Origin: Octopus bimaculoides
Taxonomy: Eukaryota
Assembly: GCF_001194135.2 (NCBI RefSeq)
Contig: NC_068991.1
Location: forward strand, 6,042,173 to 6,106,172
Direction of reading: 5' to 3'
Length of the DNA: 64,000 nt
Part shown: positions 25,800 to 38,500 of the stretch, piece by piece
How the letters are laid out: each line of letters starts with the position of its first letter
Numbering within the stretch: position 1 is the stretch's first letter
The notes under the pieces: generated by a model
What the model was told of the DNA's origin: nothing
Database searches by the model: none
Seen by the model: the letters and a program-made list of their open reading frames with translations, nothing else
Position numbers and translations under genes: made by a program

Positions 25800-27250
25800 T
25801 GTTTCATCAGTCACAACCATCATCCGTTTACGTCAGTTTTTCCATGCTCTCATGGGTTGAATGAGTATTCTCTAATGCCTTGTTCCATTCTCGTCTTTTT
25901 CATGAAGTTTACTATCCTCAGATTGATCTTCATCACTTCCTATGTCTCCCTCTTCCGTAAATGTCTTCTACTTGGGGCTACTTGGCACTTCTTTACTCAG
26001 CTATCATCCTCATCTGTGCCATACATCTATATTGACATAGTCTTTCTTGCACACTACAGCCAATTCCACTTCTATCCAGTTCTTCTCTTAGCGCATTTAT
26101 GATCATTTACACTCAAATTTACATTTAAATTTCGAACCATTCAATTAACACTAAATTTAAATTCTTCGTTAACACTAAAATTATGCCCTCAGTGGAAGAT
26201 ATTAACTTCATTCTTTCTAGCCCTTTGCACATCCTTTGCATTCAGTGCTTGTGTTTTGCTCCTGTGCTATATTGCACTTTGCATACAAATATCAAACAAT
26301 CTGTTCTTCACCCAAAGAGAGAAGTCCCTAGTTTATAACTCCTTGAACCTTTCCCACGGTTCTTATTTCATTCTCATTCTAGCTACTCTGCCATCAGAAC
26401 ATTCACCTCCACTACTGATTATGTCACATATATTAGTAGAAGCTATCAATTACTTCTATGGAACCTTCTGGGTATTTGAAACAATTTATTTCAGAGGTCA
26501 CTTTCTGCTAACTATTCACATGCATATACGACATAAGCCACACCTGCTTGTGATTTTATTCCACCTGTGCAGCTATTGTTTACATTCAGCACACAGTATG
26601 GAATCATTATCAATTCCATTTCAGCATATTGAGCTGGGCCACTTCCCAGATAGCAATTAGAGTCTTGTCATTTCGGTGAAGGGAAACTTTTGTCTTGTCT
26701 GCTAAGTTTAAAGTTTTTTGATTCTTCATTTTGTTTCCAGACTTGTCTCTTAATTTTTATGGCTTCATCATTCCATTACCATGTTGCCTTCCAGCTGATT
26801 AACACCTTGCTCCACCTATGACTTGCTGCAGGCTCAAACCCCTATTTCCTCTATTTCCTCTTCATCGCGTGCCACCTAGTACTTCTCTGAGTCTGTCTCA
26901 CTCTTATTCTGAAGCTACTGATCCTGGTCTATGCCGTGTGTTCATTCTTTAATGAAAGAGGTTTAAGTGTTTACAATCACTTGTTTGTCTTATTTCCTGC
27001 TCAATATGAAGTTTATCTGACTCGTGCTCGCCAGATTAAGAGCTGACAAAGTGGCTGAAGTAAGTGGCAAAATTGTGCCACACAATTCCAGGAAGCTTAC
27101 TTCATCTCCATTCTTTGTTACATATCCCTAAGCTTCATGTACATTAGAGTAGCAATCTTGATGTTACCAACATGTCTGTTGAGGTCACCAGTTATAGTAA
27201 CTAGATTCTCAAATAAATAGGGCTTCAATCGTGAGACATCCTTAGGCTAC
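25800..27250 (-). mobile_element. Degenerate RTE-type LINE remnant (endonuclease region plus 3' tail)
   Basis: Minus-strand fragments IKIATL, LGGTR*RG and GNG resemble APE motifs. The left end carries the CATCC-GTTTACGTC...TTTCCATGCT tail shared with the short GAT-tailed copies. Confidence 0.5.
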
Positions 27251-27624
27251 TGGTGAAGTGAAGGATGAGCTTACGAAAATCCTGAAAAAGAAAAGAAAAA
27301 AAAAAGCTAAAAATCATAAAAATTATTTAAAAGTAACGATAAAATAAATTACTGTAAAGGATTTTATATGTTTGACCATAACAATTGCAATGTAACAATG
27401 CACCAATGGCAGGTGTTGGTCACCGACTATTGTATTATAAAGAGTTTTGATTGCATTGCTTTATAAATAATAGCAACCAATGAGTCGTAAGTATTCATGA
27501 ATGAATGCATTTAATACTTTGGGAGTAAAACACCAATCTAAGCTATTAGCACAATTTAACTTGATAACCTTAGACAAATCACCTGCTGGAAATAACAGCC
27601 AAACCCCTATCATTTTATACCATG

Positions 27625-27827
27625 CCCAGATTATTGTCAAATGTAAAGCTTATTTATTGTTTTGAATTAATCCTGCATTATCTCCTAGTGTTGAGATTAT
27701 GATGATGTGATTGCATATTTTTAGAATGACATAGTAGGGTAGGCGTGAGAGGCCAGATACGGCCAGTTTGAACATAAAACCAGGTAGAATATTTGGGCTA
27801 GATATGGCTGGTTTAAATGCTAAAGGG
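27625..27827 (+). mobile_element. piggyBac-type MITE copy (left end altered)
   Basis: Internal similarity to 25394-25614; right end AATGCTAAAGGG|TTAA. Confidence 0.8.
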
Positions 27828-27981
27828 TTAAAAAATACTTATGGAATGGCACATTGGATGTTTAGTTCTAGATGACCTGTCTGCAAAAAAAAAAAAAAAA
27901 AAAAAAACCCTGTTCACAGAATGGTAATGATTATAAGGCTGCTCATTCAGGTTTGATCTGGGACTACACAACAATCATAAT

Positions 27982-28182
27982 CTGGCCATATCCAGCCCAA
28001 ATATTCTACCTGTTTTATGTTCAAACTAGCCAGATCCAGCCTTTCACACCTACTCTACAAAGTCATTGTAAAAATAAACGATCACATTGAAATCTTGAAG
28101 CTACGAGATAATGCATGATTAATTCAAGACAGTTTTAATAAATAAGCTTTACATTTGACAAAGTAATCTGAATGCTAAAGGG
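27982..28182 (-). mobile_element. piggyBac-type MITE copy, inverted orientation
   Basis: Reverse complement of the same internal sequence; ends AATGCTAAAGGG|TTAA. Confidence 0.8.
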
Positions 28183-28251
28183 TTAAATTAAATCTTTGTT
28201 GTATTTTATAAGATTTGTATGATCATTTTTTTCATAAACTTTAGATTAAAT

Positions 28252-29330
28252 CATCATCATCATCGTTTAACGTCCGTTTTCCATGCTGGCATGGGTTGGA
28301 CAGTTCGACACAAATTAGTGTGGTTGTCAGAAATTCATCTAAACTCTTTGTATCACATGAGTGCCAGAGGATTAGAGGGAGACACTTTGTAGTCTCTTTA
28401 TCTAAGCTTTTCTTCTGCAAGGTTTTTTTCACTAGTTCAGCTATGAGGGCTCTGTATTTGGTATGCAGAAGTTCCCATGGATAGCTGTCTTAAACCCCTC
28501 TGATATGGGCTAGATGATTGTAATAATCAAGAAGAGACATTCCCTGCCTTTGTACTGTAACCATGCTTTCAACTGCTACAATAACGACTGGCCTGTTTGT
28601 TGGGTCTATTTAGGGCAGGCTCTCTCTTTTCTATGCATCTTTTGTTTCAGCATTAGTGAAGGCAAGTACATCACAGTAGTTCCATACACATTTCTCTTGA
28701 ACAAAGGCTTAATTCTTTCTGGTACACTGCTTTGCAACCCAGAGCATTTTATGCCTCTGATCCGCATTGTAGAACCTGCAAACCTCTTACTTTTGGCTTC
28801 TCCTCTTGTTATGTCTACTTCGTCTTCTAGTAAACAGATACTGGTTTTTCTCTCATTTTTTTTTCTTCCAGTCTTTCCAACCTCTTAATTTTTATGGCTC
28901 TATTGATTCACACTGTTCCTCATGCCTAGCTTGAACCTTGCACCAGGCACAGACCTGGGCTGTTGCTCGAAACAGGTCTCTAAAAATTCCCTGTTGTCTT
29001 CCATCTCCTCTTTTTGCCAGTCATATACACCAGCCAATCAAAAAGTACTTCCGCTTCTATAGTTTCCTTCACCAGATTGTCTGTCTTGCTCTTTTTGTAT
29101 CTTGAGGGTTGCTGATCACCAGTCAATATTGTGTGACTCATTATTCTCCAAGGCAAGCCATAGTATTCACAGCCAGTTGCATATCTTGTTTCCTGATGAA
29201 TATGTGGTCTATTTTGGTTTGCATGTTTGCCTTAGTTGCAGACAATCAAATGGTCGGTCACGTTCTTGAAGTTAGTGTTGCAAATAGTTAGGTCATTTGC
29301 ATCACAGCAAATGGAGCTTTTATTCTTCTC
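28252..29330 (-). mobile_element. Degenerate LINE remnant ending in the (GAT)n RTE-type tail
   Basis: The tail CATCATCATCGTTTAACGTCCGTTTTCCATGCTGGCATGGGTTGGAC is clear. Similarity of the internal region to RT is weak. Confidence 0.4.
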
Positions 29331-31224
29331 TGTCCCTTACCATATCCATAGCCTGCATGTACATAGAAGAAGCATGTTTAATAAGGACAACAGTCATGAT
29401 AACAAAGTTGCTTTCATTTGTCAGTGAAATAGTCTGCAAGTGGGCCTTATAAAAAACCGTCCATTCATTCACCTGTCACCCTTCATTGTAGTTCACACGC
29501 AGAGACGTCACCCTCATGTTGTTTGTGACAAAGCTTAATTATTCTATCGCACACACTGATAAACCTCAGCCACCTTATCTGTCAATAATTTGCCTACTCC
29601 CACTCACTCCTCGTTGGTACCCACCCAAGAGAATATGCAACTCTGTTCCTTGTCGTGAAGAGTCTAGTTCAGCTTTGGCTTCATCTTGCTTGTTGTACAG
29701 ATCATAATTGGCTCTGCTCCAGCCCCTCTATAATCTCTTATACATATAAACTTTTGTTGTGCTTATGTAAACAGTGACAGTGAAAGAGGTGAGGACTTTC
29801 TCTTGGAAGGTGAATAAATGATTTGATGTTTGTCTTCTGCGTCTCGAAAATAGAGAGTGTGTGTGTGGTTGTTTTGTTGGTGGCCAGTGGGTTCTCGTAT
29901 GACCAGTTGTTTTCATGTACTAAATTATTTGTACAGCCGATCACTGATTACCTTTGGATCTGGAGAAGTGGGGGCATGCACATAAACACATGCACACACT
30001 GCAGTAGTAGTAGTAGTAGTAGTAGTGTGTTAAGAGGGGTGTTTACTGAATACCACACGTGGTAGCAATTGGAGATCAGGACTATATTCTTGATACTAGT
30101 AGCTAAGGGGATGCATCATGTATGATTCACGATACACTTTTATGGGATTGGAGGTGTGTATGGGGGGGACAGGTTGCTGAGAAAGAAACATTTCCCCCCA
30201 CCTCTTGGCAGTATGTAGATGTAAAATCTGCTTTCTCTTGATGGAATCTTTTTGCAAAACACCAGACACAATGAAAGTATATAAAATCAACAAATATAAT
30301 TTGTTTGTTTATGTAAAAAAAAAAAAAAAAAATCAATCTCCCTGTTCATTGAGGGGTTTCTGTCTTTTGAAGGTAGTGGCCTATAGAGCCACTCCTTAAC
30401 TCGCTTTATGGTATCTTGAGAAACTACATAAGACTCGCAACCATTGGTTTCAACGGCTGCTTCATTCAGCATATGCATTCCTTCAGGTCCAAAGGACAAG
30501 GAAAACTCCATTTCCTTATCCTGTCTTAGCTGGAGGATTCAGGATGAAGGAAATGAGCTGGAACATTATTATCAAGGCTCTTCCTTTTAAAAACGAGCCT
30601 TATACATGAGCGAAAAATGACAATCAGCCGTATTTAGAAGGCACCACTGTCTTACCCATTCAGTATCGTTGCATCTCAATGGTCAAACATGTTTTTGCAT
30701 TTGTGAAACTTTTAGCAATGCAGATCTGTCAGGTTCTTAGTAACAAATATTCCACCTTTATGACAGTATTTTCTGTATACTTTTATCTTTTGTTTGTATG
30801 CTTAACCTGTGTGTGTATGTGTGTGTTATTCTTGTAGGCGTATATATATATGTTTAAGCATATGTGGTGTATTTATGTTGTCTACCAATCTAGATTCATA
30901 GATTCAAAACACAGCATACACTGTAGGGAATGTCCTTCATCTTTCGGCTTACCGTTACAGTGACTACCAATAGCACCATATTCTTTGATGTTGCTGAGTA
31001 ATAATGCCACACATTGCGCACGCTTTTCTCTTCCTTCTTATCAGTGAAACCAAGGGAGCTAAAATCACTCTAACTGTACATTGACTATACCATTTGCTAA
31101 CGGTGGTTTGCCTTCACTTTTTTTCACATACCTCCACCCTACCTATGGCACACACAAGCTCATGTGCTATTCTCTCAACCAAAATTCCTGCTATGAATGC
31201 ATCCATATAAGCTTCATTCTTTAA

Positions 31225-31433
31225 CTCTAGCATTCAGATTATTCTATCAAATGTGATGCTCATTTATTCAAATTATTTTCAAGTAATCACACATTATCCA
31301 AGTAGCCTTGAGATTTTAATGATGTGATTGTTTATTTTTAAAATGACATTGTAGGCTAAGTGTAAGTGGCCAGTTTGTGCATAAAACAGGGAGAATATTT
31401 GGGTCAGATATGGCTGGTTTGAATACTAAAAGG
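31225..31433 (+). mobile_element. piggyBac-type MITE copy
   Basis: TTAA on both flanks, degenerate TIRs, same internal sequence. Confidence 0.8.
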
Positions 31434-32057
31434 TTAAATCTATGCGATAAAATTTTTTTTCTTTTACATGTTTCATCCCCAAGGCTGTGGCCATGTTAGG
31501 ACACCATATAATTTTTGTTTGGAAAAGTTTTTGATCTTGGTAGAATTATTTAGGATATGTATATTTGAATAATTCTTGTAAGGTTCTAAATGTTGGTAAG
31601 GATTAGCATGTTACTTCTGAAGATAGTTTTGTTTATCGCTGGCATTTCATATTGTATACTTGCTGAAAGATACGGGATGTGGTCATTTGTCATTATCTTA
31701 TATTCTAAAATGGTTCAAAGCTTGTAGGTTATGGAATTAAGCTGATAATGGCATTTGTAATATAGTATGCACGAGCACTGCTATAAAAACTAGTGGCAGC
31801 TTAAAAAGCTTAAATGATGTTGCACAGCATCTGATAAAAGCTTGTTAATATTAGTTGGGAATATCATATGAAAATAAAGAATGTTTTAGAAATCTTGTTG
31901 GATGCAACTTTTCATTTGTTATGGAGAGAATTAGGGGAAAGTGGATTATAGAAGTGAAGTATACAGTTTAAGAACATAAATTGCTGATCCGTGTTGAAAA
32001 ATCAAACGTTCTGTATCTGGTTTGAAATCATGCTGCATAGCTTTTTCCTAATTATAT

Positions 32058-32437
32058 GGTGCAGGAATAGCTGTGTAGTTTAAAAGTTTCCTCTCCAACC
32101 TCACGGTTTAGGGTTCAGTCCCACTGCATGGCACCTTGAGCAAGTGTCTTCTACTATAGCCTTGGGCCGACCATGATCTTTTGAGTGGACTCAGTAGATG
32201 GAATTTGAAAGTAGCCTATCGTGTGTGTGTTTTTATGTCTCCTTGTCTTTGCATCACAATGGTTGTAAGCGAGTGTCACCATCATACAAGCAGTGTCTTT
32301 CATTTCCATTCTTTTGTGCAAACATGTCTGGCTGTGAGGAACAGTAAGGGCATCTGGTTGTAGAAAATCTGCCTCAGTGAATTCCATCTGACCCATGCAG
32401 GCATGGAAAAGTGGGCATTAAAATAATGATAACGATG
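32058..32437 (+). mobile_element. SINE with family A head and RTE-type (GAT) tail
   Basis: Head GGTTCAGTCCCACTG...; tail CCATGCAGGCATGGAAAAGTGGGCATTAAAATAATGAT. Confidence 0.7.
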
Positions 32438-32589
32438 TCCTTTCTATGCTAACAGAATCTTTTAACAAACTTAGTTAAATGAATGTTTGAAATGAGCTTG
32501 AGAGGATAATTTTAATTCAAATGCAATCATGTTAAATTTCTAAGAATTGAGTCAACTTCATAAATTCATGTTTAAACCAAATCTGATGC

Positions 32590-33010
32590 CCAACATGGTT
32601 GTGTGGTTAAGAAGTTTGCTTCATAACCACATAGTTGTAGGTTCCGTCACAGAGCACAGCACCTTGGGCAAATGAGTTCTACCGTAACCTTGAGCTGACC
32701 AATGCCTTGTGAGTGAAATTTGATTGGCAGAAACTATATGGAAGTCCATCATGTGAGTGTGTGTGAATGTTTCTGCACATCTTCACATTGTTATCGTGTG
32801 AGCAAAAATGGTGATGGTGTTTATATCTGATAAATAACACATCCCATAGCTTGGCAACGTTGTAGCCTGCACAGACCAGTGGAGCAAAATTATCTTGAAA
32901 AAGAAGTAAAGGTTGGAAACAAGAAGGATGTTTTGTTCTATAGAACTCTCTCTCAGGAACCCCTGTCCAATTCCTGTAAAAAGTGGGCATAAAAATGCTG
33001 TTGCTGATAT
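32590..33010 (+). mobile_element. Diverged second copy of the A-head SINE variant
   Basis: GGTTGTGTGGTTAAGAAGTTTGCTT head; body similar to 32058-32437. Confidence 0.6.
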
Positions 33011-34052
33011 TAATAATGTCATTTGATGGGTTATGATATTTTTAATATAAACCATAAAATGAAAGGGTTTTTATTTTTGCTCTTTATTTCTTCATACTCA
33101 TGTTTGAGTGTTATGCTTTAATCAACTTTAACTGTGGAATGATATCAAAACCATAATCAACAAAATATATCGAAACATTATTATGAATTTATGCGTCAAA
33201 ACAGAAATGAGAAAATTTATAAAATTGGAATTTCCATGGTCTTGCTAATTGAAAATAAGATAGCAGTACATAGCATCTGAATATATTGTAATTTAACCGA
33301 ATAAAAAAATTAATCATACACATGTTTAATGCAATGTATAAGTTAATAAATAATTTCACTAATTGCTAAAATATATCTCCTAAAATACACACAAATCATA
33401 ATAAAACTCAATATAAATGGCTTTTAAAATATATGTTGTTAGATTTCATATTATATTATTTCCTCTATGTTGTTTAGAATTTAATATCACATAATCATTA
33501 AAAAATTTTTATATTGTAGGAAAATAATTCTTAAAATTCTGAAGTGAAAATAAAGTTAATTAGGAAGAACTATTTTGTCAAATGCAAATCTTAAACAGAT
33601 TTAGGTGTATATGTATTATGTTTAGTATTGAAAAAAAAAAAGAATTTAATGCCCATTTGATATAAAATAGTCTTTAAGGTTTTCAGTAAGTTCCTTTCAC
33701 CGCTTTTATTTATTTATTTTTTTTTGCTTGCTTCATTAAAAAAAATTTTTACTTTTTAAATTTAGCTTTTAAAAAACTGTGCTTCTGAAATATTAATAAC
33801 TATAAAAACATTGGGAGTAAACGAAAGTCAAGATGTCATTTATGTAGTAAGAGTTTGCTCTTTATGACAAGTTGCTTGTGTTAATTGAAGCTTTAAAACA
33901 AATATCATTTCATTCCCAAAGCAATTTTGTTATGCATTTTATTTAAGAATAAACCATAAGAGTGAGTGGGTGGATGGGCGAATAGGTTGTGCTTTTCAGT
34001 AGCAATTAATAACTGAAAACTTACAAACTGCGTTAAAATCGTGATTTTCCAG

Positions 34053-34109
34053 CTGTTTCCTGCCTTAACCGTTATGACTTGCCGCTACTGGATCAAGGAC
34101 TTGGAACAG
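34053..34109 (+). CDS. 57-nt symmetric (phase 1-1) cassette exon, (A)VSCLNRYDLPLLDQGLGT(G), a paralogue of the 3' end of exon 16099-16228
   Basis: Acceptor TTTTCCAG|, donor ACAG|GTAAAT. 14/19 aa are identical to AHSSINRYELPLLDQGIGT, with a synonymous-biased divergence pattern. Confidence 0.75.
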
Positions 34110-34577
34110 GTAAATAATCCTCCTTACTGCCAGTTACACTGTGCTCACTTAGTTTTTCCCCTTCCCCACATTGTCCCGTGCCTGAGAACTTGCAATTAAG
34201 TGACAACATTTCTCTCACAATCTTTGCAATCAAAATTAATTTCAACATTGGTTGTTATTTGGTGAGAGCAGCAGTTTCTCTGGTTGTAGCTCTATGTTAA
34301 TTTCATCTTGTTTTTTTTTCCAATTGTGGATGCTTTTTAAGGGTTAATTTTTTTTTTTACCCCTGCTAGTAATGCAATTTTCTTTTCATATCATTACCCT
34401 TTTCTATTTTTCTGTTTTTATATCTTATTTGGTAGTTACAATTCCTCCATGTTCTAATTGTTTTTGTGCCTGTATTATTATTTTTTCCCTGAAAATATTT
34501 CTCAGCTGTTTTTATAAGTTTTTGTTCATTGCTCTGCTTGCAAATTAGTTGTTGCTGATTGCTGCTTAGTTTTGTTG

Positions 34578-34580
<3 letters not shown>

Positions 34581-34617
<37 letters not shown>
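34581..34617. repeat. (TA)n microsatellite, representative of dozens of (CA)n, (TA)n, (CT)n, (ATT)n and (CAT)n tracts
   Basis: Directly visible. Confidence 0.95.
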
Positions 34618-34622
<5 letters not shown>

Positions 34623-35367
34623 TTTGGTTTAGTTAAAGAATGTCTTCTCAGTTATTTGTCACAGGTCTAACACTAATCACAGAATTAATTTAAACAGAAC
34701 ATTTTTATAATTGCACTCCAAAGTACAATTATAATACATTCCTTTCTGGTGAATTATTCAGTATAAATTTATTATGCATTTATGATGAAATTCTTAGGGT
34801 GTTATTGCTTACAAACATAGAGAATACATGGTATTAAATGCATTTACTGAAACGTTGCTTGCTATAAAAACTTGGTGAAAGCTTGTTAAAAAGGGAATAG
34901 CTTTTATTATCTTTGAGAAATCTTTCTAAACTTTAATTTGTGTTTTGGATGAAGATTATGAGTAAATTGTTGAAGTAACTGACTCAGTAAAGCAATCAAG
35001 CTACCTCGTTAGGGAAACAAACTTTGACAACATTTCAATCAAGAAGCCATAATAAAAGCAAGCGCTTTCAAATGTGTTTATTTGTAAAATCCATGTTGCT
35101 ATGGAGAGTATGTTAGCATATTATATTTATGAAGAAATGAAGATCGAAGATTGATATATATCACAAAGAAGAAAAAAATACAAAACAAAAATAAAACCCT
35201 GTACACATATATAATATTGATTATATAGATTAGCAAACTGACATGAGCGTGATCTAATTCTAATTTACTGAGGTTGATGAGGTGCTTGACTGTAACTAAC
35301 TCACAGCTCGTTAATGTGATCCGTCACAGCATCTAGTGTCATTAGGTTAAGCAAAAACTGTAATTAA

Positions 35368-35584
35368 CCCTTTAGCATTCAGATTATTCGGTCAAATGTA
35401 ATACTTATTTATTCACATTGTTTTGAATTAATCATGTATTACCTTGTAGCTTTCAGATTTCAATGATGTGATTGTATATTTTTAGAATGACGTTGTAGGG
35501 TAGATGTGAGCAGCTAGATCTGGCTGGTTTGAAAATTTAGGTAGAATATTTAGTCTGGATATGGTTGGTTTAAATGCTAAAGGG
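35368..35584 (+). mobile_element. piggyBac-type MITE (complete copy)
   Basis: TTAA|CCCTTTAGCATT ... AATGCTAAAGGG|TTAA. Confidence 0.85.
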
Positions 35585-38500
35585 TTAAATTTACTATCCT
35601 ATGTTCATCAGTTGATTTGTATAGCTACTTTATTGAAAGAATAAGTAACCGTTTCTTTAAATAACAGAGTGTGGTATACTTCTTTGGTACATCATCTTTG
35701 ATACCATTTCAAAACGAGAAGGGATCTTTTCCAGGAAAGATTCATTCTACAAGTTGAATTTGGTAGTTGATATCAGTATTCTATAGATATAATGTGATAA
35801 TGTTATTGACGTCCGACAGTGAGTTGCATGTATTCCAATGTTATTTATTAAACTTATCAGTCTTGGTGAAGAAATTGAATGAGATGCTAAGAAAATTTAT
35901 ACTTTTTATACTAAATAAATCTCTTCTTTGTGCACATTTTGTGATTATGTTGGTGGTGTTTAGATTATCTAATCTGTATGTAAAAGATATCTTTTCAAAT
36001 TATTACTCTGAAGGGGGGATGAAAAGCAATGTAACCCCTGTGTGGATTTGAAATAAAAATACTGAACTACAGAATACCAGTGACTGGAGTATGAAGCCCT
36101 GTTACTTGCAGCAATACCACTACCATTTAGAAAAACTGGTGGTGGGGGCTTTTAAAGAAGAAAATGAAATTTAATCATTTGTACATACTTTTGCAGAACT
36201 GCAGTAAATTATTGGCAAACGGGGAAAAAATAGTTCAGTTTTCAATGATACCACTTTACTTTCTAAGAAATGTTTTATTTTTGCATTTTAATAGCTGTAT
36301 ATAATATATACTAATAAATAACTAGTAACATTATAAAGAAATTTCATTCATTAGTTATTTTGGTTTCTTGACATAGTATCATAAAATCCATTTATCGTTT
36401 GTTGTAACTGTTTAAGAACATAGTAGCTATTATTACTATTCAGTGAAGAATCAAAATGTTTGCAATCATGTCTCAAACCTTGTTTTTGTTGTTGTTGTTG
36501 TTGTTGTTATCATATCATCTATACTGTAATCATCATTATGTCCTGTTCTGTTTTTAACTATCATTTTCATTTTGTATAGCCATTTTCATCTTGCATAGCC
36601 ATTGAATTGGCACATCAGATTTAGTATCTCTGAATTATTGTATAGAGCCCCTGTGTACCTTTAGGAGTGAGTGTTTGCGATCTTTCTGTTTCTCACTTAA
36701 TAATGTGCAATTTGGCAGGTTCTCTTTATGTGCCCTCAGAAATTAAGTATAAAAAATATTGATTTTAACAAGAAACACATTTTGTTAGTGAGAAGCTTGG
36801 ACAAATTCCTTTAGTTTTCCTCCTTTTCACTCCTCATAAGATATTCTTCAAATATGTCAGTCTTAAATTATGAAATTGTTGTGTCTGTTCATTTGGCAAC
36901 AAGCTCATTATTATAAGGGGAATACGTTAGCAACTGCACAACAAAGATAATGTTAAGGTTTGGTCTGAGACCTGAAAATGTTGACCCACAAACCCATTTT
37001 GATGGAAATCGAAGCATTGCTTGAATAAAACATTCAACAATTTGTATGCGATCTTGGGAATACGTGTACTTCCAGTTGAGAATTTCAAGTCAAGTACATA
37101 TTCGTCTGAATGAAGACCATCCTTCTATTTTAACGCATTACAAATGCTTGTCAGTGTATTGGTTAGAAATTGTCTAATAAATATTTTGTAAATGTGTTGC
37201 TATTGATAAACTCTCTTCCTTTGCTGCCAAGACCTAATCTTGTATTCTAGCACCTTTCTTCTCTTGAACTCTAAATTGGGGGACTAAACGTATACTAAAT
37301 CCCTCTCCAATGTGAACACGTTGGCATAATTCTCATCTGTATTTTAATCTTAAGTCACTGCTATGATTCTTATATTTGTAATTCAGACAATCTATTGAAT
37401 AATATAAGGCTAGATACCATCAATTCTTTTCGTTTATCTGTGTTGCTAGATAAGCACGGATGGCACAACGTGAAGCAAACACCAGACAACAGCTGTTGTC
37501 CGTCACTTGACCAGAATAAGAAAAACTTAATTATTTCAGTCAATTATTGAACATTGTTCTATGTTGGATGTGAATGAAGGAATATGGCCGGGGAAAACCC
37601 TCAAGGAAGGCTCTTGAAATCTTTTGCTACATGTTTTTAGTTACAGTATCACAGACAGGGAATATTAAACTTAACAACAGATGGAGAAACTCATATCTGT
37701 TTTAAAAACTGCCCAAGCATGGTCTAAATTTTTTGACTTATAACGTGGCTAGCTCCCAACTTTGTGTATATCATCAAGCTCTTTATTGGACTGTTAGAAA
37801 TTAATTTAACAGGAAAGATGCATGATCAGCTGAAAAGGTGTAGGGAAAATAACAAAACAAAAAAAAACAAAAAACCAAACCTTATGTTGTTATATTTCCA
37901 ATGTAAAGAAAGCTTTTATCTGATTTTGAATTGAGTAATATGTAAAATGCATGTTATTTAATGGTTTATATTTTAATGTTATTGATTTCCTTTATAAAAA
38001 CAAATATAAGTATTTGAAGCATGGAAATATACTTTATCCTGACAACCAGGATTTGAAGTTGATATAAATTATCCTAGCAGAATGCAGAATTTTCTGACAC
38101 TAGGAAAATCACAATCAGTTTTTAGTTGCCAAATTAGATTAAAAATGTAAGTTTTCCTGGAGCCTTACACATGAGAAATTAGGCTAACTTTTAGCTAAAT
38201 CATGATATATTGTTGCTACAAGCATATTGATGTTGCAGGCTTCTTTTTGAAGAGTTATTGTATGATTAAAATAATCTCCACTAAGAGAGTTTAGTAACTT
38301 TTGTTTTATGAGTCTTGTTTTGTTTAATTTTTGCCTTTAAAAAAAAAATGGAGTCTTTCTGACCCCCACCCGCCCTCTCTCTCTTTTCCTCTCTCAAACA
38401 CACACATTCTCTTTCTCACACACACTCTCCCCACTCCCTAAACACCCTGGATGTTTTCACACACAAATATCATGACCATACAATTTTCATTGTACCTACT

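Noticed and set aside
29448-29511. TATAAAA plus GACGTCA promoter-like motifs
   Set aside because: Inr-like hexamers sit about 19 and 37 nt from the TATA box, not about 30; no other support.
37485-37500. Perfect 16-bp palindrome GACAACAGCTGTTGTC around an E-box
   Set aside because: About one such palindrome is expected by chance in 64 kb.
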